Assembly: GCF_000195855.1 (NCBI RefSeq)
Contig: NC_002677.1
Coordinates: 3,000,001-3,032,000, forward strand
Reading direction: 5' to 3'
Length of the DNA: 32,000 nt
DNA from: Mycobacterium leprae TN
Lineage (GTDB): Bacteria > Actinomycetota > Actinomycetes > Mycobacteriales > Mycobacteriaceae
Shown here piece after piece: positions 20,436 through 31,507 of the stretch. Every line of letters begins with the position of its first letter. The first letter of the stretch is position 1. Position numbers and translations under genes: made by a program. The notes beneath the pieces are model-generated. The model ran no database searches and was not told the DNA's origin. It worked only from the letters and a program-made list of their open reading frames with translations.

Positions 20436-22090
20436 CGGTGCTCCCCGTATGCTGTCGTCGTACGACCGGCCCTGGTATCGGGTGCCAAGCCATCGTGTTC
20501 CAGCAGTGCGTCGGCACGCGACAGCGTCGGTCCAACCGCGAACAGCGACAATATTGACCACGGAATAGGCACTGCAGGTAGTTTCAGGCCAAGAGCCTCA
20601 ACGATTTTGCCGGGGCCAGCGGTAGCTTCCGATCTTGCATCAGCCTCGGTGTCAATACCATAGCGCACCCCGGTATCGGAGACCCAGAACAATGACGCGG
20701 TGGCTGGCGCTGCCGAGCCAACACCCACGGTTTGAGCGAAGTAGCCGGTGCCGGGTGTCAGCACAACCCGACTGGCCGTCGAGCTATCTCCCCGGGAGGG
20801 GGCACTAACCAGCTCGACAGCGCGCGCAGCATCAGGCACTGGCAGCGCCGCGCCGGACATTAGACTCAGAAAGCTGGTAGCGGCCCCGGCTGGTTTGCTC
20901 CAATATGCGCAGCTGACCGGGGCATAGCCAGCGTCGATGAGACTGATCTGCTGTTCAGGATAACGCTCGGTGTCCAGCATCCGCGACACCGGCAACTTGT
21001 CGACCTCGTCGGCACCAAGCCGCGGCGGCTGCTGCAGCCCATAAGAATTGATGTTGCGCAGGATCGCGGCAAGCACCGGCGAGATAGGCTGCAGACCGTC
21101 CGGCAACACCGCGTAATACCGCACCGAGTCGTATGGGTTCTTGCCCAGTGCCGCCAGACCAAAGGACACCACCACCGCCCCGATAGGAGCGCGCACTCCG
21201 AAGCTTGGTGTGGCACCAGCATTCGGAATGACGGGCGCCTTCAGCGGCGGCGCTTCGGGGATCGCGTTGAACAACCCTGCCCCGATAGGCCTGGGCGCAG
21301 GCACCTCAGCAAAACCGACACCAAACCCCAGCGCGTCGGTCACTGCGTGGTCAGCCAAGTCGATTTCGCTGCGCTTGCCGTCCCACAGCAGCCAGGTGCT
21401 GCCTCCCCGCTCAGACGGAGCATCAACCAAGACACCATGCGCGGACCCCAGCACGGCGGCCCGCATGCCGTGACTGTCCGGCGGACCGGCGATCACTGTG
21501 ACACCCATGCTGTGAGCAGCGTGCCCGCCTTCCCCACTGACGACGTCACACACCGTCCAGTTCGCGTCATGGGTTGTGTTTTGCACCATCCTCTCCGGTG
21601 CTCCTGGAATACCGATCAGATTGCCGCGCGGAAACCGGTCCAGCTCGCTGCTTTTCACTGTGATGGGGTTGACCGACCGGCCGACGATCAGCCTAGCCGA
21701 GGTCAGGTTGAGCACCGGGTGGAGCTCATCGCCCACCCGTACATACAGTGCGGCGGTAGACCGATCGGCAAGCACCGCGTTGTTACCTGCTGCACCATTG
21801 GGCCGGATGAATGAGAACACAAAGCAACCTATCAGCCCAGTAATCACCAGTAGTGCGCCCACCAGCACCGAACGTGACTGGGTGCGCAACGGGTCGACAA
21901 GCATTCGGGTGTCGTGCAAAGCGATACCGGAGGCGATCCGGCGCATAACGAACCGCCAGCCTGTCACTTGGTGACGGGTGACAAATCCGCGGCGGTAGAC
22001 CACCTTGTCAGGATTGTCGTTGACCGGCGTTCGCGAGAAGAACGAACGCCTTTCCCCTGACCACTCGCCGGGCAGCTCATTACTAGTCAT
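20432..22090 (-). CDS. eccB3: ESX-3 core component EccB3
   Basis: 552 aa ORF: [55 protein letters not shown] plus a TM segment. 8 bp overlap with the eccA3 stop. Confidence 0.96.
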   Translation of the reverse strand: MTSNELPGEWSGERRSFFSRTPVNDNPDKVVYRRGFVTRHQVTGWRFVMRRIASGIALHDTRMLVDPLRTQSRSVLVGALLVITGLIGCFVFSFIRPNGAAGNNAVLADRSTAALYVRVGDELHPVLNLTSARLIVGRSVNPITVKSSELDRFPRGNLIGIPGAPERMVQNTTHDANWTVCDVVSGEGGHAAHSMGVTVIAGPPDSHGMRAAVLGSAHGVLVDAPSERGGSTWLLWDGKRSEIDLADHAVTDALGFGVGFAEVPAPRPIGAGLFNAIPEAPPLKAPVIPNAGATPSFGVRAPIGAVVVSFGLAALGKNPYDSVRYYAVLPDGLQPISPVLAAILRNINSYGLQQPPRLGADEVDKLPVSRMLDTERYPEQQISLIDAGYAPVSCAYWSKPAGAATSFLSLMSGAALPVPDAARAVELVSAPSRGDSSTASRVVLTPGTGYFAQTVGVGSAAPATASLFWVSDTGVRYGIDTEADARSEATAGPGKIVEALGLKLPAVPIPWSILSLFAVGPTLSRADALLEHDGLAPDTRAGRTTTAYGEHR

Positions 22091-23948
22091 GCGGTACCAT
22101 AAGTCCGAGACCGCGCAGCAACGGCTCTACCGATCTCCGTACATCCTCGGACGTTACGGTCATGAGTTCCTCGTCACTTAACTCACCAGTACCGACATTG
22201 TTCGAATGGTCCAACCGGAATTCACGTTCTTCTTCTGAACGTTCAACGATGTTGCGGACAAACCGCCCGTTGCCCGCGATGTCGAGGCTGCGCCGAGAGA
22301 TTCCATTGGAGTCAGGGGTAGACGATGTCGCCAAATTAGCGAACAGAACCTCCAACTCGTCGAGCGCAGCCTGCTCGAAGACGCTGTCTCGCTGTTCGGC
22401 CATCTTGTGCGCGATCTCGACCAACTCATGCGATGCGTATGAAGGAAAATCGATATTACGGGTGAACCGCGACCGCAAGCCTTCGTTAGTGTCCAGGAAC
22501 TTATCCAGATCGGCGCGGTAGCCGGCGATGATCACGACTAGCCGGTCACGATCGTTCTCCATCCGTGCCAGCAAAGTGTCGATGGCCACCAAACCGAAGT
22601 CGTTTTTAGCGCCCGTAGCCACTAGGGCGTAGGCTTCGTCAAGAAACAACACTCCGTCTAGTGCACTGTCGATGACCGCGTTGGTTTTGGCCTCGGTCTC
22701 ACCGATGTGCTGGCCGATAAGGTCGGCGCGATGCACTTCTCGGATATTCTCTTTCTTCAAAAGGCCTAGGCCACAATAAACTTTGGCGACCACACGGGCG
22801 ATTGTGGTCTTGCCTGTCCCAGGTGGGCCAGCAAAGACGAGGTGGTGGGCACGTTGCGCTACCATGAGCCCACGCTGCTTACGCACTAGCTCCATAGCCA
22901 CCGAACTCTTCAGCCGTGACACCTGGTTTTTGACCTCATCCAGGCCGATGAATTCGGCGAGCTGGCGCTCGGCCTCATGAAGCAGCACGGCTTTGCGTTC
23001 GTGGGCTGCGGGGTCGATGAAATCTTCCACACCAGGTTCGGTCTCGGGATCCCATGGATCGGTGCGAGCATCGATCCGGGCCGCGGTAGTGGTAACGATC
23101 CCAAAACTAGTGTCGGACAGGGCCTGCTCAATTTGCTCGTTGTCCGGATGTGCCGCGTACAAATCTTGCAGAACTTCGCTGGCCGACTCCTCGTCCGTGT
23201 GCGCACGTAGCACCAGCGCTTTGGCTAACGCGCCATCGACAGCCGCCACCGCGACCGGGCCCGCTGGCTCCTCCAGATACGACAATGCCGGGGCGAACAT
23301 ACCCAGCCGGGCCAGCGCGGTACCCAATGCAATCTTGGCGGCGTGCGTGTAAGCCTCGTCGATATCAGGGTCATTCACGATCGGAGTCAACAGCTTGACG
23401 ACATCCGACCAGCGCCCGGCGCGGTAGTGGATGACGGCAGCGACCCAACGGGCATCCCGCCAACCTGGCCGGCGGTCGATGATACCGGTGACTATCTGAT
23501 CGGCCTCGGCATAGGGTCCGGGCCCCCCGGTTGACGCTAGTGACGCCGCATAGGCGAGATGGAAATCATCCGGACCGATGGCTCGAAACTGCAGGTACAG
23601 TCCGGTGTCGTAGTGAAAGCCCAACGCGGCGGGGGCCAGTTCCACCTGACGTTGCAGCATGCCCGCGGTGTCAGCGGTACACGAAATCGCTGCCAGTACA
23701 GGGGTGGACACGTCACCAGCAGCGGCTAACCCGATCCAGACATCACACTGATCATGCGCGATGCGGGCAAGTGCGGTGAAACCCGACCGAGCGGCGGCCA
23801 GGTCGGCCGGACGTTGACGGTCGTAGACCGCAAGGCCGAGGGCGCGACAACAGGTAGCGAATCGGCTAACAACGTCGCCATCAACCTTAACGTGCGCCCG
23901 AGCAATGACAGACTGCCCGCCAAGCTTGCCGGCGTCACCGCGGTTCAC
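22083..23948 (-). CDS. eccA3: ESX-3 AAA+ ATPase EccA3
   Basis: CbxX/CfxQ-type AAA+ domain (FAGPPGTGKTTIARVVAK, LFLDEAYAL) plus a TPR-like N-terminus. GTG at 23948 (VNRGDAGKLGG...) has GGGAGG about 10 nt upstream. The track start ATG (24005) lies inside an IdeR-like box. Confidence 0.93.
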   Translation of the reverse strand: MNRGDAGKLGGQSVIARAHVKVDGDVVSRFATCCRALGLAVYDRQRPADLAAARSGFTALARIAHDQCDVWIGLAAAGDVSTPVLAAISCTADTAGMLQRQVELAPAALGFHYDTGLYLQFRAIGPDDFHLAYAASLASTGGPGPYAEADQIVTGIIDRRPGWRDARWVAAVIHYRAGRWSDVVKLLTPIVNDPDIDEAYTHAAKIALGTALARLGMFAPALSYLEEPAGPVAVAAVDGALAKALVLRAHTDEESASEVLQDLYAAHPDNEQIEQALSDTSFGIVTTTAARIDARTDPWDPETEPGVEDFIDPAAHERKAVLLHEAERQLAEFIGLDEVKNQVSRLKSSVAMELVRKQRGLMVAQRAHHLVFAGPPGTGKTTIARVVAKVYCGLGLLKKENIREVHRADLIGQHIGETEAKTNAVIDSALDGVLFLDEAYALVATGAKNDFGLVAIDTLLARMENDRDRLVVIIAGYRADLDKFLDTNEGLRSRFTRNIDFPSYASHELVEIAHKMAEQRDSVFEQAALDELEVLFANLATSSTPDSNGISRRSLDIAGNGRFVRNIVERSEEEREFRLDHSNNVGTGELSDEELMTVTSEDVRRSVEPLLRGLGLMVPHD

Positions 23949-23998
23949 GGCCGCTTTGCCTCCCGTACCTAGTATCGCCCAACCTGACCTGCCTGAAA

Positions 23999-24017
23999 TT
24001 AGCATTGCGTAAGCTAA
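23999..24017 (-). promoter_or_regulatory. Candidate IdeR (iron-dependent regulator) box upstream of the ESX-3 operon
   Basis: Minus strand TTAGCTTACGCAATGCTAA matches the IdeR consensus TTAGGTTAGGCTAACCTAA at 14 of 19 positions by hand alignment. It lies 50-70 bp upstream of the proposed eccA3 start. Confidence 0.5.
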
Positions 24018-24829
24018 CCGTCGAGCTTTTCAGACCCGCTCGCTTCACGACTCAACTCCGATTTCCGTGGCACTGACCAGGGTTTATTCATTATCGCGTG
24101 GCTATCTTCCACAGCGCCGACGCCACCCAGTGCACCTTACTGAATACGATTATCATATTCAAAAACTTCCCGGTTGGCGTCTTGGGCCTCCTTGCCAAGC
24201 TGCCGTTGTTCAGCCTGCCATGTGCAGGGCGCCATCGCGGTACCGGCCGGCAGGCCTCCGAATCCATCCACCAGCCAGCGTGGCCAGTATCGTCGCCACC
24301 TGGTCATCATCACGAGGCATGGTGCTGACAAAACCCATGAGGTGCACCACCGCTGAACCCAAAGCGATCGCCGAGGCGGCCGATCCGCCCCTGCAAGCGA
24401 GCGGGAAACACAGCGCTGTTAGTGCACCCCAGGCTGGCTCAACCTGGGTATCTATCGCCAGGGTGCACCGCCATAGCCACACAGCCCGTAAACAGGGCGA
24501 CAGCCGCGGCTGGGGCACCGCTCAGCACCGCAGAACTAGTAGCCACCGGAAGACCATACAGTACAGCCACCGCCGGGACCAGGATAGCTGAACCCCAGCG
24601 AGTCCAGTTACCCCAGTAGCTCCCCCCAAATAATTGGACGTTAGCAATCGCCACATCAAGTGCAAGTATCTGCATTTCGTGGATAAACGCCTAAATAAGC
24701 TTCGTCCACTACGAAACCCCAGTATATCAGACTGTAACTGCGCTGTCGCACCGGAGGAATCCTGCGGAAATTCCAGTACATCTCTCCACAAGGTTTCAGG
24801 AACCTCCAGGAATCGATTCCTCTACCGAC

Positions 24830-25300
24830 TCAGCTCATATGATGTTGACGATGTCATCGTCAACGATGTCTTGACCATCACTGTAACGACTGCTGTCGGA
24901 GCTGACCGAATTTTCGATTTGCGGCGCCGGATAAGTCTGTGGGCGCTAATGCCACCACCACGCTAAAGGCCGTCTGATGGTTAGATGACCATCGTGGCAG
25001 TCGCCTGGATCTACATCCTCATGTAGTCATCCTGATTAGAGTGATTAAGTATGGTGTCAAGCCCAAAGAAATTCGTAGCCGGCAATACCGCATGAATCGC
25101 ATAATTGGCAGCCACCTCCATCAAGATCGGCACTGCCACCAGCACCATTAGGCAACGGCCTTCATACAATACCACCATCCCTGCTCTGTTGATGCTAGCC
25201 CGCGTCAGCCATGCCACTTACAGGCCATGTACAACAGCCGCATATTGCTCGGCGATTGAAACCTTCCCGCCGACACAGCCACGCCAACGCCACGATCACA
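24830..25300 (-). pseudogene. PPE-family pseudogene remnant (probably PPE3/Rv0280-like)
   Basis: Minus strand: WLTRASINRAGMVVLYEGRCLMVLVAVPILMEVAANYAIHAVLPATNFFGLDTILNHSNQDDYMRM*IQATATM, clearly related to the in-window PPE4 ...[49 protein letters not shown]. TAG at 25011..25013 replaces the conserved Trp. Confidence 0.7.
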
Positions 25301-28300
25301 ATTGAGCTAGTCTGCCGCCGAAGTAAATGCAGAACTCAGCGAACGCCAACAGCCGAGGTGCTGATTCGGAACAGCTACTCAAACAGCTACTCAATAGGGT
25401 TCAATGGATCTACGCTGGCATAGCCAGCGACACCGGAACGGTCATTATCAGCAACCACACCACCACGCAGGTAGTAGTCGGTGCTAAGCTCACAAGAATT
25501 ACCTCCTAGAGCCACGATTCTCTCGACGACTTTCACACCAGGTAACGAACCCGGCGAGCGCCTCTTGGCAGTACTGACCTCAATTTTGCGGGCGATCAGC
25601 GATCCAACTTCGGTTTCGGGTCCGGGGACCAGCTGGGCTGGCGTAACTAAGTAGGACAATGACTTACCGCAGGCAGTCCAGCCTCGTTCGCCAAACGATT
25701 TGATGGCCAGCGCACACTGCTAGTTGTAGACCAACTGAAAAAACACGCCCTGGTCGCAGCCGGCTGCCGCGGCGCGTTCTTCTTCGATTTTGGCTTCAAA
25801 TTCGTCCGAGTCGAGTGGTGCGCCATCCTCGACGGCGACATAGCTATCCAGCCCTGCAAGCGAGTCGCTGCCACAGTGACGTCGATGCTAAGTCAAATAC
25901 ACTGCCCTGCAAAACCCGTGGCCAGTTATTACGCAGATCTATCGTGATTGCATGACAGTCGGTACACGATTGGGCACCCAGTGGGCACCTCAGCACTTTA
26001 AGTCGAGGACCTGTGTAAGGTCCCACCTCGAAAATTGTCGTCCCATCAGGCCATGCCAGCCGGGAGGCACAACAAAACACCTACGTATTAGAGTCTACGA
26101 CCAGCGAGTCAGGTTTTTGCGCCCTCAATGCCGGATTGGTCAAAGCAGCTCGAAGCCGAATACCCGGCTGCAGCGTCCGTAGAACCCTCGCCGGCCGCAT
26201 CCAAACCCCAGCACCAAACGCAAGCGCGAGGAAATTCTTGGCTACGACCTAACAACGGGAGTTTGAGCCCGGTGCGATTACCATCGACACCAGCATGATC
26301 ATGACCCGTGATTCAAAATGAGCAACCCCATATCGTGCAGGTTGGGGGAGCAGCGCTGGCCGGTGCTCATAGCCCGGTCATGTCGGCACCAAAACCTGTT
26401 GCTGAATGTCTGATCCGTCCTACCAGGACGCCACAGGCCTGTGGGAAGCACGACCTCGGACCTCCTGCACAGCGCGAACATCAACTTGGTGTCAAACCTT
26501 TCACCTATGACCATACGGCCGCCGCGCAATGGCCCTTCTTGCAATACAGCAAGGTCCACCATACCACAGAATTTAACTACGTAACTTCGGGAACTATAAA
26601 GCTATGCGGCTGAGCCATTGAGTCACCAATCACTGCTAACCGTGAGTAACAACTTCGCCTAAACCGACCACGAGTTCAACGGAGTTATCGGGCGCTGAAA
26701 CACAGCAAAAGAACAGCGTAGGCAAGCGGCGACTTAATCAGGCGGATCTGCTCATCTGGCTGTTTAATAACATGCTACATGTAGCTAACTAAGCAGCCCA
26801 GCAGAAGCCCCATCCTGAGCCGCCTGTCACGATCCCATAGTAACAAGTTGCAGGGAAACTGTCGGACAAATCGCGGCATGAGCCGGTTCGCTGGGCACAA
26901 TACAGCCATCAACCGGTCGAACCGCCGTTCTTTGATGGCACCCTACGGCAACCGCCTCTAATCGAGGAATCGCTGCAGCAAAAATCCGGTCGGTAATTAG
27001 CAACGCAATGTTCTCCGATAACCGCTACCCTGGGCGTTGCAAAGCAATGTCCTTGATAGCTTATATGTGGGCCGCGGCGATCGGATACAGATTAGGTCAC
27101 AGACGGCGTAGCCAATGTACATTTTGGCCAGTGGCTCCTGCCAGTATCGACCTAAGGCCGCTCAGTCCGGTGGCCACATGTCGGACGACACCTGCAACAG
27201 GGTCGCCAACGCCATGCCCTCTCGGTTAGTGGACAGTCGGCATACTCGTCGCTTCGCTCACCGATGAAGATGCGATAGATATCGACCACGCCCTTGTTAG
27301 AAACACGCCCCCACCTACAGCTGCAGGTCGGCATCGCACGGGTTGTACTGCACCGAGCTGTGGGCTGTCAAATACACCTGCGCGGGCATGCGGTTCACCT
27401 CGCGGTGGAAGATCGCTCTCTGGGCAACGTTGCCGGCGGTGTCCACGGCGAGGTAGGTGAATATGGGTGCTAGCCCGCTTGATCGAATGCAGGTCCAAGC
27501 GTCCCCTAGAGTTCTCCACCACACCGTAGCCGACGCCGGGTAGCGAACTTAATAGCATGATCACGTTGGCCGGACCGACCAGTAGCGCCAACCCCCATAA
27601 ACCGCAGTACGTACCGAGGCCCCCATCGCTGGCCGGCGCCAGGCCAACGGCAGGAGGAGAGGAGCTGTTATTGCACTCCCTACATGCCCACCGAGTTCAG
27701 GAGAAGCCCGGTTAATAACTGCGATGGAGGGCTCTCCGGGGCGCACGTTCGTTTCCTGATAGTGTTTCCGTCTTTACGCTGGTGTCAAGAAGGAGTCAGT
27801 GACCGATCTATCCCCAGGTGACCGGAGGTGGCCAGCGTGCGGCCGTACCGCGGCGTGCAGACCGCACAGCGTGTGGCCGTACGACGTTACCGACTACTGG
27901 CCTCTGGCCTGGATCTGCTGAGGCCAACCACAAGGACTTTTCCGCGCTAACCGTACGGTAGTGTCTGTCACCAAGGCAGCCTGGGCGGTACGTTACTTCT
28001 ACTACTACGAAAGTCTCACTGAAACAAATACAGACTTGCCAGAGATGTTTTCCGATTGGATGGCCCGCCACCACTCAGGCCACGACGCCAGCGTACCAAC
28101 AGACTCGCGGGGGGATGGCCAACATTGTGCGAACCGACATGTGGTCGCACGAATCAGACATCTAGTGTCCATCACGCAACTGGCCAACCCAGTAACCGCG
28201 CGTAAACTGACCGAATCCAGCGCACTTTTTGCCCTGTTTTCCGGTCAGCATGTTGTCCATGCACTCAACTCACTTCGCTGCTCGACGGGCTCGCTGACCC

Positions 28301-29573
28301 AAACCTCTGTACCATCCTTGCCTCAGACTAATGGGGGCACCAACCATAGTGAGAACTGAGGCTCCAGCAAGCATCAGAGCGGCAGGGTGAGTCGCATGAT
28401 ACGCTGCGCACACGTGATCGTAGGATCGCCAACGTCACCTTTAACCAGCAGGGCGTGATCACCGACAACCAGACGTCATTGGGTTCGGCGATCATGAGAT
28501 CGAACCCGGCGTCGCATACCAGCAACACCCCGGAGGTAGACGCGGCAAGCAGCAGCTAGCGGTGAAGGTATCCGAGTACAGCGGTGGCCAACTAGGCCAA
28601 CAGGATGTTTGAGTACCACACAGGTAGCGGGCGAGTTATGGGCAACATGGTTTCGCGGCAGTGTCATTGCAAGACACACAATCCAAGAGATTGATGCAAT
28701 CGCACCGGTTGACCATCAAACTCAGTCGGATACGCCGCATCCGGCTGAAGGCCATCGGATCCACTGGCTCGCTCAGCGGCTGCATCAGTCGAGAAATCAG
28801 CTCGCGCTGCTGCTCGGTAAACAACGCCGTGATCCGCATATCGACCAAAAAACGATCGAGTCATCATGAGCTCTAAGCCAGCATGTCAATCCGCCAGCCA
28901 ACAGCCTTCTTTAGTACAGCTTTCTTTAGTACAGCCTATGTATCATGTATACTGAACTGCTTTGTCTAGCAATAAATAGAAGTCCGGCGTAATGCCATTG
29001 CGGGCCTGGCAGTAGAACGACCACACGTACACCCCTGGATGCACTGTCACGGAAACCTGTGTCTCGTTCTGGTTGCAGGTTAATATCGGGCCCATTGACA
29101 CGCTTTGTCCTTAAGCCGTTTCCGGTAGGCGTCCGCACTCCCCAGCAGGCACCGTGAAACGCGAGATAACTCATCGTGCTCACCACGGTGGTAATACCAC
29201 CAACACTCAGAATCGGCATCCGGCACGAGATGCCCGACACCCGGGGAGGGCGGTAGACCGACGAACTCGAAAAACCCCACGCAATTACCGATGACGACGC
29301 TGAAGAAGAAATGCTGGCCCTGACCCTCCGGGCAGATCTAGCTACTTGATCAGTAGCATGCCTAGGATGTTGCTGTAGAAGTCTACTGCGGGCCATGTCC
29401 GAACACATCTGCGCACGACATGCTTGATCCAGTCGAGCTAGAATTCGCTGTTGGTGCTGTACAGCTTGATCACCGTTAGCTCCCTCAATCCCCGACGGAC
29501 CCAGAAACCCAGCCCCAGCCAGGTTCCAAATCTGGACCTAGCATCAGATTCGGCTTTGCTCTAGGGACTCACT

Positions 29574-29900
29574 GTGCATGAAACGCAAGCACCGCGCGCG
29601 AGAAATGAGGCGCTAGGTGTCAACCTCGACGGAATCCGATTGCCAGTCCAGCTCGGGTACCCCGCGCATTGGGACCGGTGGACACAAACGACGATCGACG
29701 CCGCCGCCCCAACCGTCATCGCGGGCAAAAGCATCCTCGCGGCGACCATCGCTGACATCGCTGCTGAAGCGGGCCGTTCCGCGGTATCCTTTTACAGCGG
29801 TATCCTTTTACAATTGCTACGACTGCCAAAGGCAGACGATAATCCGTCGGAGGGACCTACGCTGTCCAGGTTGAAGCCAACGAATGGGCGCTTTCGGTAA
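29574..29900 (+). pseudogene. TetR-family regulator N-terminal HTH remnant
   Basis: TQTTIDAAAPTVIAGKSILAATIADIAAEAGRSAVSFYN fits the TetR HTH pattern (ATIADIAAEAGVSxxxFYxYF). Frame disrupted by a 16-bp tandem duplication. Confidence 0.65.
29781..29812 (+). repeat. Perfect 16-bp tandem duplication (gcggtatccttttaca x2)
   Basis: Copies at 29781..29796 and 29797..29812, read directly from the sequence. Confidence 0.98.
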
Positions 29901-30479
29901 CCCTGCATAGCCCTTCTCCAACCGCGGCCGTGCATGTTACGCTAATGCAATTCACGAGCATATTTGTCTTGGTCGCACTCGGCTCGTCGAGCTGACCGGT
30001 ATGTCTCCTCTGGAAATAATCAGCGACAACTTCGCCTAGTATTGACTAGGGATGTACGCTATCTCGATCTTTTTATCGCCGAGAAGGTTCAGACACGCCC
30101 AAGCTGGGGGCTACTGCCCCGACGATGAGCCCAGCTAATCGCCGTAACTATCTTGCTATGTCCAGCGCAACGGGACCCGTGTCAGCGCGGAGGCACTCGA
30201 TGACGATCAACCTGCATCAAGAGCCTCGCCAACATCTACTACCGAACCAGCTACGGCAGCAAAAACGCAGACGGTGGGCACTGAGGCCCGATCGCCGGGA
30301 GTTATCCGCGAGTTTATCGGGCTGCCGGGACCAACCGCTGGGCGCACCGACTCCAGCGGGCACCCGTTCCAAGGGCTGTACTGCCTCGCGGCGGAACGTA
30401 AGCTGAAGGTAACAATAAGGCCACCACCCAAGACGACAGCAACTTCATTTAAGCACTATATTAGGTAGTAGTATATAGG

Positions 30480-31391
30480 CCACCCACAGCATCGGATTTC
30501 CTGGCTGGAATACCAGGTTCCGGGGTTTTGAAAGCACCTTGCTGTTCGATCACACATTAGTTGACCTCAGGGTCGAGGTACGCTGGCTGCTAGAAGCTCA
30601 TAACGTAGAAACCGTTGTACTGCTAGGCAATTGAGGCATGGGCTACTTTATGCCCACCTACCAGCAGCAAGCGGTAGACCAGAACGTCATTCCGCTAGAA
30701 GGTAGGCAGCCGAACTGATAAAGTTGCTCGTTACCTATGGCTATGTTGCCACCACCGTGTATCCAGGACGCCTGGATGTATGCTGGCGGCGGCGACTAAG
30801 GCGACTCGGTCACCACCGATCCCAACCTGGATCTGTACAGTTCGCAAAGCGGCCCGCAGTGCGCGTCAGGATTTTGCCACTTGCTACTGCTTGGCGCAGA
30901 CCAAGCGACACCATGCCATCACCAACTGGGCCCAGCCGGAGATCAAACGCGTTCGCCCAGCCGGGTTTTCCGATTTGCCGCTCGCTGCGATACGCACTTG
31001 GGCCGACCTACGAATGGTCGACCCCAGCATTAAGTCGACCAAGTGTGCACCCAACCTGTGTTACGCGGACATCCCGGGGAAAGCAAACCGCTCCGCGTAT
31101 GGCATCGCTGCTATCTGCACACTACGCAATTGGCTTAATTGGGTACCCTGTGGATGGCCTCAAGCCCGGGCCGAGCCACACCGGGCCCGCATAACCCGAC
31201 CGGCCTTGGTGATCAACACCAAGGCAGATGCAAGAGTTTGGCCGTTTGACGCACAGCGCACCCACGACGCACGTGAATACTGATTAAGACGCAATACTCG
31301 ATCAATACCAACCACTACATTTACCAACCCAGGCACGCGCAGCGAGCAGGACGACACCATTGCCAACTGGATCAACAAGCAATGGCAGTGA
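30480..31391 (+). pseudogene. Alpha/beta-hydrolase pseudogene (Rv0272c-like)
   Basis: Pieces: LVDLRVEVRWLLEAHNVETVVLLGN*GMGYFMPTYQQQAVDQNVIPLEG; AAIRTWADLRMVDPSIKSTKCAPNLCYADIPGKANRSAYGIAAICTLRNWL; ARITRPALVINTKADARVWPFDAQRTHDA; DTIANWINKQWQ*. Start is approximate. Confidence 0.6.
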
Positions 31392-31507
31392 GAGTTCTCG
31401 CCGAGCCACTGGCCAATCCATAATGTCGTTGGTCAACCAAACGACCAACTGTTAGCTTGGAAAGTGCTCAGCCAAAACAAGCCCCGCAGACATGGGAAAG
31501 ACGACCA

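Noticed and set aside
24067-24591. 174-aa plus-strand ORF (MALTRVYSLSRGYLPQ...)
   Set aside because: Arg/Ser/Pro-rich with no recognisable motif, lies in decayed DNA and looks like shadow translation of high-GC sequence.
24844-24864. Perfect inverted repeat GTTGACGATG-T-CATCGTCAAC
   Set aside because: It falls in the PPE remnant where one minus frame reads QDIVDDDIVNII. A repetitive Asp/Val/Ile codon run explains it, with no promoter context, so no regulatory role is claimed.
25387-25659. 90-aa minus-strand ORF (MSYLVTPAQLVPGPETEVGSLIARKIEV...)
   Set aside because: Composition looks residually coding and it is probably part of a decayed gene, but I recognise no family and it is not supportable as an intact CDS.
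28926-29408. 160-aa minus-strand ORF with glyoxalase-like hints in the alternative frame (QHFFFSVVIGNCVGFFEFVG, GSADAYRKRLKDKACQW)
   Set aside because: Too degenerate to assign. An Rv0274-like remnant is possible, but the evidence is below my threshold.
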